Shown piece after piece: positions 1 through 10,129 of a DNA stretch of 64,000 nt. The first letter of the stretch is position 1; each line of letters starts with the position of its first letter. Both the position numbers and the translations under genes were made by a program. The notes beneath the pieces are model-generated. The model saw only the letters and a program-made list of their open reading frames with translations. It was not told the DNA's origin and searched no databases. Source of the DNA: a virus (lineage: Duplodnaviria; Caudoviricetes); IMG/VR virus record IMGVR_UViG_2974727065_000001, positions 11,088 to 75,087 of that record; one strand, written 5' to 3'.

Positions 1-1
1 T

Positions 2-3000
2 TGGACTAACCCTGCTGATATGGGTTATGTTGCTGGTTTCCGTGTGAAGATCACTGATGTGAATGCTGGTGAGACTCGTATCTTTGATGCTCCTGCTTCT
101 CCCTTTGAGCGTGACTATCCTCGCGGAGTCTTGCTAGAGGCTACCGTAGAGAGCTACAACGGGGCTGCTAAAGGGGGTGGGTATCTAACTCCTCAACAGC
201 ACACCACAGCGGCAGACTCTGTACCTCCTGCGGTACCTCAGAACCTCAGTGGTACTGGTGGTTTCAATACCGTCTGGTTGGAGTGGAGTAAAGTTGGTGA
301 CACTGACCTCGCTTACTATGAGGTTGTTAAACGGACTGTGGGCGCTTCTGCTCCGGGTGTAAATCCGTCAAACGTCAAACAAGCAACTGACAACAGCTAT
401 GCTTATCTTGGGCTTCCTGATAATCACAACCGTGACTACTACGTCCGTGCTGTGGACACTTCGGGTAACAAGTCTGCATGGTCTACTAAAGTGAACGTCG
501 TAACTAAAGATCCTGCTCTGACGGGTGTTACAAGTGACGATATCGCTGGGATCGTTCGTGAGGACTCTTTTGTTCTCGGCCTCGAACCGATCAAGACTGT
601 GAATACACTTCCTGACCCTAATGGTTATACGGGTTCTAGTGTTGTCCTTCTGACGACTGATGGCAAGACTTATAGGTATCACAATGGCGCTTGGACTGCT
701 GAAGTCCCTGCTGTAGATATCTCCGGTCAGATCCAGAATAATCAGATCAATACTGTGAATGCTGCCAAACTGACGGGAACGATCAATGAAGCTCGTATCG
801 CTGGTCTCGCTGCAAGCAAGATTACGGGTGAACTCACAAGTGACCAGATTGCTGACTTGGATGCTGCAAAGATCGCTGGACAACTCACGGATTCTCAACT
901 TGCTGGTATTAGTGCTGGTAAACTTGTTGGCAATATCGTATCTAGCCAGATTGCTTCTATTGATTCAGCTAAACTGACGGGAACGATCAATGAAGCTCGT
1001 ATTGCTGGCCTCGCTGCAAGCAAGATCACTGGCCAACTGACTGACGGTCAAATCGCCAGCGTAGCCACGGCTAAACTTACCGGGGAAATTGTAGCAAATC
1101 AGCTTGCTCAAGGTGCGACTCTGAAGGACCAACCTGTATTCACTATGGATCAGGACTCTCCTTATACGATCACACCAGCAAATGGTTCGGTTAGCTATGA
1201 CTCGACGGATAAGTACTCTGGTACTCATGCTGCACTGATCACCTTCACGGATGCGTCAAACCCCAGTGGGGGTGGCAATACAGGAGCACCCTTTATCACG
1301 ATCCCCGATCTGGTTGCTCTTCGCTTCGGCGGTAAGAGGATCCGTATTAGTGGTTATGCGAAAGCTCCTTCCACGAATGCAGCTTCTGAATTTGGTGTAG
1401 CGTACTCTACCTCTGACAATGGTAACTCTGGTTTCCAGAAGTTCACACCAACATCGTCTTGGAAGGAATTCTCTTTCACTTACGATGTACCAACCCCTGT
1501 TGCGGGCGGTAGTGACTACCTCGGGTTCTGGGCTGACACATCAAACTCTGGTAAAGGTACTCTGTTCGACCAGTGGTCTATTGAGATTATTGAGGATCTC
1601 GGCTTGGCGTCAGGTCAGATCACTGAGACTCAGATCTCGGATGATGCCATTTCTACACCTAAACTGAAGGCAAATGCAGTAACAGCGAGTATCATCGCTG
1701 CGAATGCTGTGGTCGCTGATAAGATCGCTGCGAATGCTGTGGTCGCTGATAAGATTGCTGCGAATGCAATTACTGCTGGTAAGATTGCTGCTAATGCGGT
1801 AACTGCAAGTGAGATTGCCGCTGGAGCCGTGACAGCTAGTGAGATTGCCGCTGGAGCTGTGGTTGCTGACAAGATCGCATCTAATGCTATTACAGCAGAG
1901 AAGATCGAAGCAGGAGCTATCACGGCGGCTAAGATTGCGGCTAACACAATCGGTGCAGGTCAGATTGCAGCTAATGCTATCACTGCAAGTGAGCTTGCAT
2001 CAAACTCGATCCAGTCGGGGCACATCACCTCAAATGCTATCGTTGCAGCGAAGATTGCATCTAATGCTATCACATCTGTGAAGATCAATGCTGGTGCTGT
2101 AAATGCCGATAAGCTTGCTGCTAATGCTGTGACTGCTGGTAAGATCGATGCAGGAGCGGTAACTGCTGGGAAGATTGCATCCAACGCTGTAACTGCCAAC
2201 AAGATCGCAGCTAACGCTATCACTGCTGGTAAGATCGATGCAGGAGCAGTAACGACTGCCAAACTTGCTGCGGGTTCTGTTGAAGCCTCGAAGATTGCTT
2301 CTGGTGCTGTGACTACTGCTAAATTGGCAGTGGGTAACGGCGGGAACATGATTGAGAACTCTAACTGGACTGCTGGTCTTTCTACCGTAGCCAACTATTC
2401 AAATGATAGTACGACCTTCAAGAATCAACACTCTTGGCGGATCCGTCCGGGTTCTGAAGGGTGGTCTGGGGGACATGGTGTTCTTGAGATTAGACAGGGA
2501 GGTACTGCTTCAGGGACTATGAACACTTACCTTCATAGGATGGGTGGAAGTAGCACCTACGGTTGGCCTTGTAAACCGGGTGCGAAGTACTCGGCCTCTG
2601 TGCAGATGTCTGTTCACCGTTGTACTGCGAGAGCGGTTGTTGTATTCCGTCGAGCTGATAACTCTTGGATCGATGCCTATGACATTGGGAGTAATAATGG
2701 TGCTCAAGGGAGTTCGGAGGTTATCGATGACTGGCCTATGGTTTCAAACATCGTAACAGCCCCTACTGCTGCACGTTACGCCCAGCTTATCATCTACAAG
2801 ACTGGTACAAACAGTGGTTCGGATAGTTATGTGTTTGTTCACAAACCTATGCTTGCGGAAACCCATGCAGAAGCTACTGAAGCGACTCCTTATAGCCCTT
2901 CTGGTGCAACTCTGATCTCTGGTAATGAAATCATGACCGGAGCCATTACTGCTGAAAAGATTGCTGCGAACTCTATCTCGGCAGTCCAAATTGCAGCTAA

Positions 3001-5287
3001 TACGATTGGTGTTTCTGAACTTTCTGCTAACGCGGTGACTTCGGATAAGATTGCGGCGAATGCTGTGTCTGCTGGTAAGATTGCCACTAATGCGATCTCG
3101 GCAGGGAAGATCCAAGCGGGTGCTGTGAGTGCTGACAAACTGGCTGCGAAATCGATTACGGCTTCAAAGCTTGCTGTTGGTGACTTCACTAACTTGAACC
3201 CTGATATGGACTTCGCTGACCCTGATGGGTGGACGGGTATCACTCGTCGTATCCCTACAGGTGTTGATTGGGGTGGTACAACCGGGGTTGAACTTGATGG
3301 TGCTTCTAACACACACAAAGTAGCGACTTCCAAGCATATCATTAACTTCGACCCTCTTGGTGAGAAGCTTCGGTTCGAGTACCGTGCAAGGAACCGCTTG
3401 GGGAATGCTGGTTATGTGTATGCAGATATCCAGATTTCTAAGAATCCTACGTTCACTGGCACTAACGGGACTGATTATACGTTCCGTAGTGTGGGTAACA
3501 CTGGCAACAACTATAATGCTGTGGACTTCGCTGGGGATATTGACATCCCTGCTGGATTTATCTATGGTCGAATTCGTTTGATCAAAGGTAACAACGGTTC
3601 TACTCGTGCTCAGTTCGGTGTTCCTCGTCTCTACCGTAAGAACGCTGGTAAGTTGATCGTTGATGGCTCTATCAAAGCAAACCATGTTGGTGCCAACGAG
3701 ATTATCGCTAATACGGCGAATATCAAGAATGGTGTCATCACGAATGCTAAGATTGCCAATGCGACTATCGAGAACGTTAAGATCAAAGATGGTACGATCG
3801 AGAATGTCAAGATCAAGAACTCAACTATTACGGGTTCCAAGATTGCTGGCTCTACGATTGCAGCGTCTAACATCAAGAACTCGACCATCACTGGTGGCAA
3901 GATCGCAAACGCAACGATCACGGGCGGGAATATCTCGACCAATACAATCGAAGCAACGCACATCAAAGCTAACACCATCACAGGTGACAAGATCAAAGCT
4001 AACACTATTTCGGCTGACAGGCTGAAGATTGGTGTTGGTGGCGGTAACTTGCTCCTGAACACGGACTTTAGCCAAGATGTTGTACACTGGTATCTAAACA
4101 AGTCTGGTAACATTGGTTCTAGTGGTCGTTACCATATCCGGCCTCCGGGTTCTTGGTCTGGTCGTGACTTCCCTGTTCTGGAAGTAGCTTCGAGCCGTGA
4201 TACAACTTCGAGTGGTTATGTTGAGGCACAGCTGCGGGTTCAGAACCCTGATGGAAGCTGGCGTCGTGGTGTCCCTGTAACTGGTGGTAAGTGGTATCAA
4301 GCTTCGGCTCGTATCAACGCACTCCGGTCTAAACTCTTGATGGAAGTACGATGGTATGATGACTCTGGTAATCAGATTGATCAGGACTCTGTGTCTGATA
4401 CGAACCCCTTCTCCTCTTCGAGTGCGGATCCGGGTTCTTGGCGCTTGTACAGCAAGAACTGGCAAGCTCCTTCTGGTGCTGAGTCTGCGGTCATCTGTTT
4501 CCGTTTGACTGAGACCACAAGTAACTCTGATGGTTACATCTTCGTCCACAATCCCCAACTAGTTGAAGTGGATGGCTCTGCGGTTCAGTATGTTCCGTAT
4601 GGACCGGGTGGCACTACTACTATCAACGGTGGTTCTATCCGTACAGGGTCGATTACTGCTGGTGTGGGTATCTTCCAAAATGGTCTGAAGTCGAGCAACT
4701 TTAACGGTGCTATGACGTCCAGTGATATCACTAACTATGGTACTGCTGGTTGGGCTATTGCGAGTAATGGTGATGCAGTATTCAATAACCTTGTTGCCCG
4801 TTCGTGGGTTCAGGTTGGTGCTGTGTCGAAAGGTGCTTCTTACAGTGGTTACTCAAGTGCAGGTAAAGTTGATGGTGACGTTGTTACTCGTACAACTGGA
4901 CCCTTCTCGCTTGGGGAATTCTGGCAGATTGCGGCTAGGATCGAGTATCGTACTCGTAAACGTACCTCGATCTACTATCAGGGCAAAGGTGGTTCCAGCT
5001 ACAGTAGGTATCGTCACAGGACTCGTCCTTACCTCGAATATCGAGAGAAGAACGGTGGGACTTGGAGCGGCTGGACTGTACTTCACCAGTTCCCAGATAG
5101 CCCTACTAACGATTCTTGGACGACACAGGAAGTTGTGAAGTCTAAGATGGACAGTAACCAAGATACTCAGATTCGTATCCGTGTCCATGTCTACGCCCAA
5201 AATGCGGGGGATAGTAGCAATGGCTGGAACGACGATTGGAAGAACGTCCGTAACGTAACACTCTATTCGCGAGCACTTGTTCGCTAA
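2..5287 (+). CDS. Large tail fibre / host-specificity protein (5'-truncated by window edge)
   Basis: The frame is open from base 2 (WTNPADM...). It contains an FN3-like domain (PPAVPQNLS...WSKVGDTDLAYYEV...YYVRAVDTSGNKSAWS), long 10-aa repeat tracts (ANAITAGKIA-type) and interspersed beta-sandwich/CBM-like domains. It lies upstream of the lysis genes. Confidence 0.85.
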   Translation, partial: WTNPADMGYVAGFRVKITDVNAGETRIFDAPASPFERDYPRGVLLEATVESYNGAAKGGGYLTPQQHTTAADSVPPAVPQNLSGTGGFNTVWLEWSKVGDTDLAYYEVVKRTVGASAPGVNPSNVKQATDNSYAYLGLPDNHNRDYYVRAVDTSGNKSAWSTKVNVVTKDPALTGVTSDDIAGIVREDSFVLGLEPIKTVNTLPDPNGYTGSSVVLLTTDGKTYRYHNGAWTAEVPAVDISGQIQNNQINTVNAAKLTGTINEARIAGLAASKITGELTSDQIADLDAAKIAGQLTDSQLAGISAGKLVGNIVSSQIASIDSAKLTGTINEARIAGLAASKITGQLTDGQIASVATAKLTGEIVANQLAQGATLKDQPVFTMDQDSPYTITPANGSVSYDSTDKYSGTHAALITFTDASNPSGGGNTGAPFITIPDLVALRFGGKRIRISGYAKAPSTNAASEFGVAYSTSDNGNSGFQKFTPTSSWKEFSFTYDVPTPVAGGSDYLGFWADTSNSGKGTLFDQWSIEIIEDLGLASGQITETQISDDAISTPKLKANAVTASIIAANAVVADKIAANAVVADKIAANAITAGKIAANAVTASEIAAGAVTASEIAAGAVVADKIASNAITAEKIEAGAITAAKIAANTIGAGQIAANAITASELASNSIQSGHITSNAIVAAKIASNAITSVKINAGAVNADKLAANAVTAGKIDAGAVTAGKIASNAVTANKIAANAITAGKIDAGAVTTAKLAAGSVEASKIASGAVTTAKLAVGNGGNMIENSNWTAGLSTVANYSNDSTTFKNQHSWRIRPGSEGWSGGHGVLEIRQGGTASGTMNTYLHRMGGSSTYGWPCKPGAKYSASVQMSVHRCTARAVVVFRRADNSWIDAYDIGSNNGAQGSSEVIDDWPMVSNIVTAPTAARYAQLIIYKTGTNSGSDSYVFVHKPMLAETHAEATEATPYSPSGATLISGNEIMTGAITAEKIAANSISAVQIAANTIGVSELSANAVTSDKIAANAVSAGKIATNAISAGKIQAGAVSADKLAAKSITASKLAVGDFTNLNPDMDFADPDGWTGITRRIPTGVDWGGTTGVELDGASNTHKVATSKHIINFDPLGEKLRFEYRARNRLGNAGYVYADIQISKNPTFTGTNGTDYTFRSVGNTGNNYNAVDFAGDIDIPAGFIYGRIRLIKGNNGSTRAQFGVPRLYRKNAGKLIVDGSIKANHVGANEIIANTANIKNGVITNAKIANATIENVKIKDGTIENVKIKNSTITGSKIAGSTIAASNIKNSTITGGKIANATITGGNISTNTIEATHIKANTITGDKIKANTISADRLKIGVGGGNLLLNTDFSQDVVHWYLNKSGNIGSSGRYHIRPPGSWSGRDFPVLEVASSRDTTSSGYVEAQLRVQNPDGSWRRGVPVTGGKWYQASARINALRSKLLMEVRWYDDSGNQIDQDSVSDTNPFSSSSADPGSWRLYSKNWQAPSGAESAVICFRLTETTSNSDGYIFVHNPQLVEVDGSAVQYVPYGPGGTTTINGGSIRTGSITAGVGIFQNGLKSSNFNGAMTSSDITNYGTAGWAIASNGDAVFNNLVARSWVQVGAVSKGASYSGYSSAGKVDGDVVTRTTGPFSLGEFWQIAARIEYRTRKRTSIYYQGKGGSSYSRYRHRTRPYLEYREKNGGTWSGWTVLHQFPDSPTNDSWTTQEVVKSKMDSNQDTQIRIRVHVYAQNAGDSSNGWNDDWKNVRNVTLYSRALVR

Positions 5288-5305
5288 CAAAGGAGAAACT
5301 AAACA

Positions 5306-5713
5306 ATGCAAGTCAAATACCTTCAGCTTGATGCTCAAGGTTTTCTGGTGACGGGAGTGGGCTTCGGCCCCTCCCTACCGGAGAATGCTATCATGGTAAT
5401 TGAAGGTGTAAACCTCGAAGACATCCCAGAAAACTACTACTTTCAGGATGGTATGCTTCACAAGGCACCTCTCTCACCTTCCCCTGAAGAGACCGAAGAT
5501 GGTTATATCATCCGTGGACTTATCGCAGGGACATCTATCAACGTAATCGATAACGCAGACGGTTCATCGATTGTCTCCGTAACTACAACCGAAGAGCAGA
5601 CAGAACTTGAGTTCGCTCTCGAAGACGAAGGATCTTATACCGTGGAGGTGGATCTTCCTGAACCGTCTCGTATGTCCTCCACTGTAATTGAGGTCTCAAA
5701 TGCTGAGGATTAA
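5306..5713 (+). CDS. Hypothetical tail-associated protein
   Basis: Strong RBS (AAGGAG); directly follows the tail fibre; acidic, 135 aa. Confidence 0.6.
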   Translation: MQVKYLQLDAQGFLVTGVGFGPSLPENAIMVIEGVNLEDIPENYYFQDGMLHKAPLSPSPEETEDGYIIRGLIAGTSINVIDNADGSSIVSVTTTEEQTELEFALEDEGSYTVEVDLPEPSRMSSTVIEVSNAED

Positions 5714-6125
5714 ACGTACTGAGGAAGCTAAACAGGCTCCTCTCAAGAAAGTCAAAACAGAAGCTGTTTGTCGTGTGAACTGTGTAGCTGACGAAGTTCG
5801 TCGTCTCTATATTACTCCGATCGCAGGGCAAGAGCTTATTTACATGAAGAAAGAGGAAGAAGCTAAAGCGTTCCTCGCTATAGAAACTGAACCTGAAGAT
5901 CTTTCTGAATTCCCTTTCATTGGAAGCGAGATTGGTTCTACTGGAATGTCTCCGAGAGAAGTTGCAGAGGTATTCTATGAGCGTTCCCAAGCTTGGAAGT
6001 ATATCGGGGTTATGATCGAGAGGTTGCGGGTTAATGCCCTTTCTGGGATTAAAACTGCTTCCTCGGAAGAAGAAGTGAATCAGCTTGTTGAATTCTATGA
6101 AGAAGATATGGAGGAACTGCGATGA
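5700..6125 (+). CDS. Hypothetical tail-fibre-associated protein
   Basis: ATG at 5700 after GAGG; helical protein with the GQELIY..K..EA pattern typical of proteins following tail fibres. Confidence 0.55.
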   Translation: MLRIKRTEEAKQAPLKKVKTEAVCRVNCVADEVRRLYITPIAGQELIYMKKEEEAKAFLAIETEPEDLSEFPFIGSEIGSTGMSPREVAEVFYERSQAWKYIGVMIERLRVNALSGIKTASSEEEVNQLVEFYEEDMEELR

Positions 6126-6628
6126 AATTCAGTTACCACCCTCTCAAAGATCTCCGTCATCGTTTCCGAGAATTGATAGAAATCACTGGTGGTCGTGATC
6201 CTGTTGAATACCGTACAAGACTCCGTCAGATGATGCAGATGGGTCTACACCTGTGGATCGCTGAAGACAATTACCGAATTGTTGGATCTATCGGTTTCAT
6301 GACTGAACCCGGTGAAACAGGCTGGACCAAGAGTGAAGCAATGAAAGAGGCCGCAATCGAGAAAGGTATCGACCCTGATACTGTTCAGGTACGCTCCTTG
6401 ATTTATGTACATCCTGACTACCGTGGGAAAGGTCTGGCAGATGAACTTGAGAAACGAGCAAACCGTACATCCTTGGAACTAGGTTTCAAATACCGGGCTG
6501 CTTTTGCTTACGATAATGAAGAGATTTATAAATGGATTCACCGTCACGGGAATGCTATTGATCTTCTTCCTGAAGAACCAACAGGTACGGGTTTTCCGGC
6601 CACTCTTGTCCCTTTGGATAACGTATGA
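6122..6628 (+). CDS. GNAT-family acetyltransferase
   Basis: Acetyl-CoA binding motif A: YVHPDYRGKGLA. Confidence 0.75.
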   Translation: MKFSYHPLKDLRHRFRELIEITGGRDPVEYRTRLRQMMQMGLHLWIAEDNYRIVGSIGFMTEPGETGWTKSEAMKEAAIEKGIDPDTVQVRSLIYVHPDYRGKGLADELEKRANRTSLELGFKYRAAFAYDNEEIYKWIHRHGNAIDLLPEEPTGTGFPATLVPLDNV

Positions 6629-6638
6629 GGTAATGTCA

Positions 6639-6992
6639 ATGTCTCACTTTACAGAACTAAAACACTGGTACTGGCAAGGTCGTAACAAACAGTATATCAC
6701 AACAAAAGAAGTGAAGTGGGAAATAGGTGTAGAAGGTTCTAGCCTATGGGTGACAGTACCGAAGGGTTTCAACTTCGATGTATCTGTCCCAAAAGCTCTC
6801 ACTTGGCTGGTAGATCCTCACAACCCGAAGTATTTCAAAGCAGCCTGTCTACACGACTATGCACTACATGAATTGAATTGGGATAGAGTTTCGGCTGCTG
6901 CACTCTTCTCAGAGGCTCTTAGAGCAGAAAAACTTAACTCGGTTCTCCGATTACTGATGGTTTACGCAGTGATTGGATGGAACTGGAAATAG
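6639..6992 (+). CDS. DUF1353-like protein
   Basis: VPKGFNFDVSVP...AACLHD..L pattern; ATG after GAGGT. Confidence 0.65.
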   Translation: MSHFTELKHWYWQGRNKQYITTKEVKWEIGVEGSSLWVTVPKGFNFDVSVPKALTWLVDPHNPKYFKAACLHDYALHELNWDRVSAAALFSEALRAEKLNSVLRLLMVYAVIGWNWK

Positions 6993-7007
6993 CGAAAGGA
7001 GGCCATT

Positions 7008-7532
7008 ATGGCTGCTAAACGTAAAACTAAATCGAAATCGAAACTTGAGAGCCATGATACGGGCTTTCGTTTGGGTAACCGTTCAGTTCGTAACCTGAAA
7101 GGTGTCCACCCTGATCTGATCAAGGTCGTTGAGCTGGCCCTGACCCGTTACACTAAGGAAGACTTCACTGTGATCTGTGGTATGCGTACCCGGAAAGAGC
7201 AGCGTCGTCTGGTGGCCAAAGGTGCTTCTAAAACTATGAACAGTCGTCACCTCCCGAATAGCCAAGGTTACAGCCGCGCTGTTGATCTCGGTTGGTGGAA
7301 GAACGGCGGAGTCTCTTGGAAGACCGACAATGTGAAAGCCTTCTATGATATGGACCACTCTGCGGACTATGAAGGTTATCAGGCTATCGGTGTTGCTATG
7401 AAGGCTGCTGCTGAAGAACTGAACATTCCTCTTCGTTGGGGTGCCGACTGGGATGGTGACGGTCAACATACTGACCATACCTTCCTTGACTGGGTTCACT
7501 TTGAACTCCCAAGAGGTCATGGTTATGACTGA
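7008..7532 (+). CDS. Endolysin, M15 (L-Ala-D-Glu) peptidase
   Basis: LKGVHPDL, GMRT..EQ, SRH, AVD and D.VHFE zinc-peptidase motifs as in T5-type endolysins. Confidence 0.88.
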   Translation: MAAKRKTKSKSKLESHDTGFRLGNRSVRNLKGVHPDLIKVVELALTRYTKEDFTVICGMRTRKEQRRLVAKGASKTMNSRHLPNSQGYSRAVDLGWWKNGGVSWKTDNVKAFYDMDHSADYEGYQAIGVAMKAAAEELNIPLRWGADWDGDGQHTDHTFLDWVHFELPRGHGYD

Positions 7533-7719
7533 GAACAAGAAACCTCGCACCAAGACCTATAAACGGGAGTTTGCAGTAAGCACCTTCCTTGGTTGTCTCG
7601 GTTGGGGTATGTTCTCTGGCGATGCAACCTTCCTTGAAACGACTTTTATGCCGACCCTGTTTAACGCAGGAGTAGCTTTGGGTCTTCACGAATACTCGGA
7701 GAATATGGCAAACAGATGA
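7525..7719 (+). CDS. Putative holin
   Basis: 64 aa, basic N-terminus followed by hydrophobic segments; sits between endolysin and spanin. Confidence 0.5.
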   Translation: MTENKKPRTKTYKREFAVSTFLGCLGWGMFSGDATFLETTFMPTLFNAGVALGLHEYSENMANR

Positions 7720-8099
7720 AGAACATTATTTTCCTAGTTCTTGTCGGGACAATCCTTGTGGGTTGTTCCGGCATGGACATCGCTAAGTTTGCTTTAGGCG
7801 GCGGCGCAGATATCATCCCTGACGTAGCTCAGGTTGGTAAAACAAACACACAAACCCTTGGTACAAATGAAATCACCGAGGTTGTAATCAAAGACGTTAC
7901 AGGTGGTCAGATCCGTCCGGTCGTTCGACCTGAAGGTATCACTACAACAGCACCAGTAGAGAACGTCACCCAGACTAACTACAACGTTCCTCCGATCTGG
8001 ATCATTGCTTTGGTGGTGTGGAGTATCTTCCTCTGGCAGCTTCCGAGTCCAAGTGAGCTAAGTCGGAAGTTCTGGTCGTTCTTTGGAAAACGTAAGTAA
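7716..8099 (+). CDS. Putative unimolecular spanin (lipoprotein)
   Basis: N-terminal lipobox LVG-C plus a C-terminal transmembrane helix (PPIWIIALVVWSIFLW); same architecture as T1 gp11. Confidence 0.7.
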   Translation: MKNIIFLVLVGTILVGCSGMDIAKFALGGGADIIPDVAQVGKTNTQTLGTNEITEVVIKDVTGGQIRPVVRPEGITTTAPVENVTQTNYNVPPIWIIALVVWSIFLWQLPSPSELSRKFWSFFGKRK

Positions 8100-8114
8100 A
8101 ACAAGCACATATAG

Positions 8115-8260
8115 ATAGGGTGCGTTAAATAAGGGAACCCCCTTGAATAATAGGGTGCGTTAAAGAAGGGAACCCTCCCTTTCCCGAAATTCCACCCTTT
8201 CTATGCTCATCTTTCTTGATGAAAAAGAACAGAAAACAATAGGTGACGTTAAAGAGGGGG
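8115..8260 (+). promoter_or_regulatory. Cluster of three class II phage promoter-like motifs upstream of the portal
   Basis: ATAGGGTGCGTTAAA at 8115 and 8150; ATAGGTGACGTTAAAGAGGGGG at 8239. The same motif recurs across the window. Confidence 0.75.
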
Positions 8261-8294
8261 CTGACTCGTAACCCTCTATCAGAAGGAGAAATCG

Positions 8295-9908
8295 ATGTCA
8301 GAACAGAATATTTCCGTAGCTGCTGTAAAGAAAAGTGTAGCTACTCCTTCTCATGAGTATGAATCCATGAGAGACGTTTGGGCGAAGTGTCGAGCGATCA
8401 TTCGAGGTCAAGAGTCTGTTAAAGCTCATGATGCGATAGTGAATGATTATGATGAGAACGGTAACAACCGTAATCTACTGCTCCCCTTCAGTCCTTCCAT
8501 GACTCAAGCTCAGTATGACTTCTATAAGGATGAAGCTGAACTTCCCGGTATTACTTCTCAGTATGCTAAATCAATGATTGGTGCTCTTCTCCGTAAGGAC
8601 GCTGATATTGAGCTTCCTGAAGAACTTCCTGAAACACAACGAGAGGAAATCACTGAATGGCTTCGATCGAAGTTCACTTCAGATAACCGTTCTCTCTTCC
8701 ACTTCCTAGACAATGCTCTTTGGGAGGAAATGCAAACCTCTTCTGCGTGGGTTTATGTTGATGTACCTGATGTCGATGAAGATATCATTGATCAGCTAAC
8801 ACCAGAACAGAAAGAGCTTATCAAACCCTATCCTACCTTGCTTAGTGGTGAGAGTGTGATTAACGTGATTCACGGTATTCATCCTGTAACGAAGGTTCCT
8901 TCTATGGTTCGTTTCGTAACACGGCAACTCAAACCTCACTTCACAAGTGATAACCCTTGGCATCCTAAACTGGTAGACACTGTACGTGATCACTATTTGG
9001 ATGAAACAGGATTGCTTGTCGTTGACGAGTGGGTATTGGATAACAGCGGAACTCAAGCTTCTTCCGAAAACGGTAAGATCCGTCATGGTGAACTTGAACC
9101 TGAAGCCGCTGGTAAGGATGCACCTCAGTTTGAGAAGAAACAGTCTTACTTCCCGGAGAAATTCGGCAAACGACTTACACAAATCCCTGCTTGGCCTCTT
9201 GATGGAGAATCTTTCATTGAGGAGCCTATCTTGCTTACCTTCGTCAATCGCGAGGTTGGCCTTTACAATAAGGTATCTCGTCGTAACCACTTGATGTATG
9301 GTGCTGCAACCTACACACCTATCATCATTGGTGATACTGATGAAGAAGCTCAAGCAAAGATCCTTTCCTCTGGTCTTGGTTCTATCTGGTTCCTTGAAGC
9401 TAACACTACTGTTGATACTCTGGCTCCGCCTACTGAATCCCTTACAGACATGCAGAATGCTATCTCCGCTACAATGGATGAACTTGCACGTATGGGTATT
9501 CGTATGCTGGCCCCGGATACCGCAGAATCAGGTGTTGCTCTTGAACTTCGTAATGCTGGTCAGACTGCCTCTCTAGGTACTCTGAACCAGAAGATTTCAA
9601 CCACAATGCGACAAGTGTTCGCCTTCATGATCAACTGGCGTTATGATATGGAACTCACAAGTGAAGATATCAAATTCACTATGTCGAGTGACTTTAGCCC
9701 ACAAGCTCAAGGTGAAGCGGGTATGCGTCTTGTTGGGGAGTGGTATCAGATGGGTCTTATCCCTCGTTCTGTCTTCCTTGACATGGCGAAGAAGAATGAC
9801 TATATCCCGTCTGAGTATGATGATAATGAAGGTCAAGAAGAAATGGAGAAAGATCCAGTTCAGATGGCTAATGCTCAAGCAGAGCAGGATGTGACAATCC
9901 AAGAATAA
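8295..9908 (+). CDS. Portal protein (DUF4055-like)
   Basis: 537 aa, first gene of the head module; LLPFSPSM...Y.FY..AELP, ESG.AL and C-terminal W...GLI.R motifs typical of siphovirus portals. Confidence 0.82.
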   Translation: MSEQNISVAAVKKSVATPSHEYESMRDVWAKCRAIIRGQESVKAHDAIVNDYDENGNNRNLLLPFSPSMTQAQYDFYKDEAELPGITSQYAKSMIGALLRKDADIELPEELPETQREEITEWLRSKFTSDNRSLFHFLDNALWEEMQTSSAWVYVDVPDVDEDIIDQLTPEQKELIKPYPTLLSGESVINVIHGIHPVTKVPSMVRFVTRQLKPHFTSDNPWHPKLVDTVRDHYLDETGLLVVDEWVLDNSGTQASSENGKIRHGELEPEAAGKDAPQFEKKQSYFPEKFGKRLTQIPAWPLDGESFIEEPILLTFVNREVGLYNKVSRRNHLMYGAATYTPIIIGDTDEEAQAKILSSGLGSIWFLEANTTVDTLAPPTESLTDMQNAISATMDELARMGIRMLAPDTAESGVALELRNAGQTASLGTLNQKISTTMRQVFAFMINWRYDMELTSEDIKFTMSSDFSPQAQGEAGMRLVGEWYQMGLIPRSVFLDMAKKNDYIPSEYDDNEGQEEMEKDPVQMANAQAEQDVTIQE

Positions 9909-9975
9909 ACCTACCGGCGTCTAGGTAAAGCCCCGTAAAACGACCTCAAGATGAGGTTGGGGCAGACGCCTCTTT

Positions 9976-10051
9976 TCCCCTGTAGTTCAGTTGGTAGAAC
10001 ACCGGACTGTTAATCCGTATGTCGCTGGTTCGAGTCCAGCCGGGGGAGCCA
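9976..10051 (+). tRNA. tRNA-Asn (GTT)
   Basis: Cloverleaf with acceptor TCCCCTG/CGGGGGA, anticodon loop CTGTTAA, T-loop TTCGAGT and an encoded CCA. Confidence 0.95.
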
Positions 10052-10055
10052 ACTA

Positions 10056-10129
10056 TGCGCGGTAGTGTCAAGTAACACGGTAGGTTCATTACCTACAACT
10101 GGTGGTGTCAAGTCCACCCGGCGCAACCA
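10056..10129 (+). tRNA. tRNA with CAT anticodon (Met or Ile2), atypical
   Basis: D-stem GTGT/ACAC, anticodon stem GTAGG/CCTAC with loop TTCATTA, T-stem GGTGG/CCACC and ACCA end. The T-loop is non-canonical and there is one acceptor mismatch. Confidence 0.75.

Noticed and set aside
1630-4113. Ala-rich minus-strand ORFs in the tail fibre; possible diversity-generating retroelement repeats
   Set aside because: The ORFs mirror the repeat codons. There is no reverse transcriptase and no adenine-specific TR/VR pair.
8115-8260. Short spaced repeats resembling a mini-CRISPR array
   Set aside because: The repeats are only 15-25 bp, irregularly spaced and dispersed across the window, and there are no cas genes. 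They fit promoters better.
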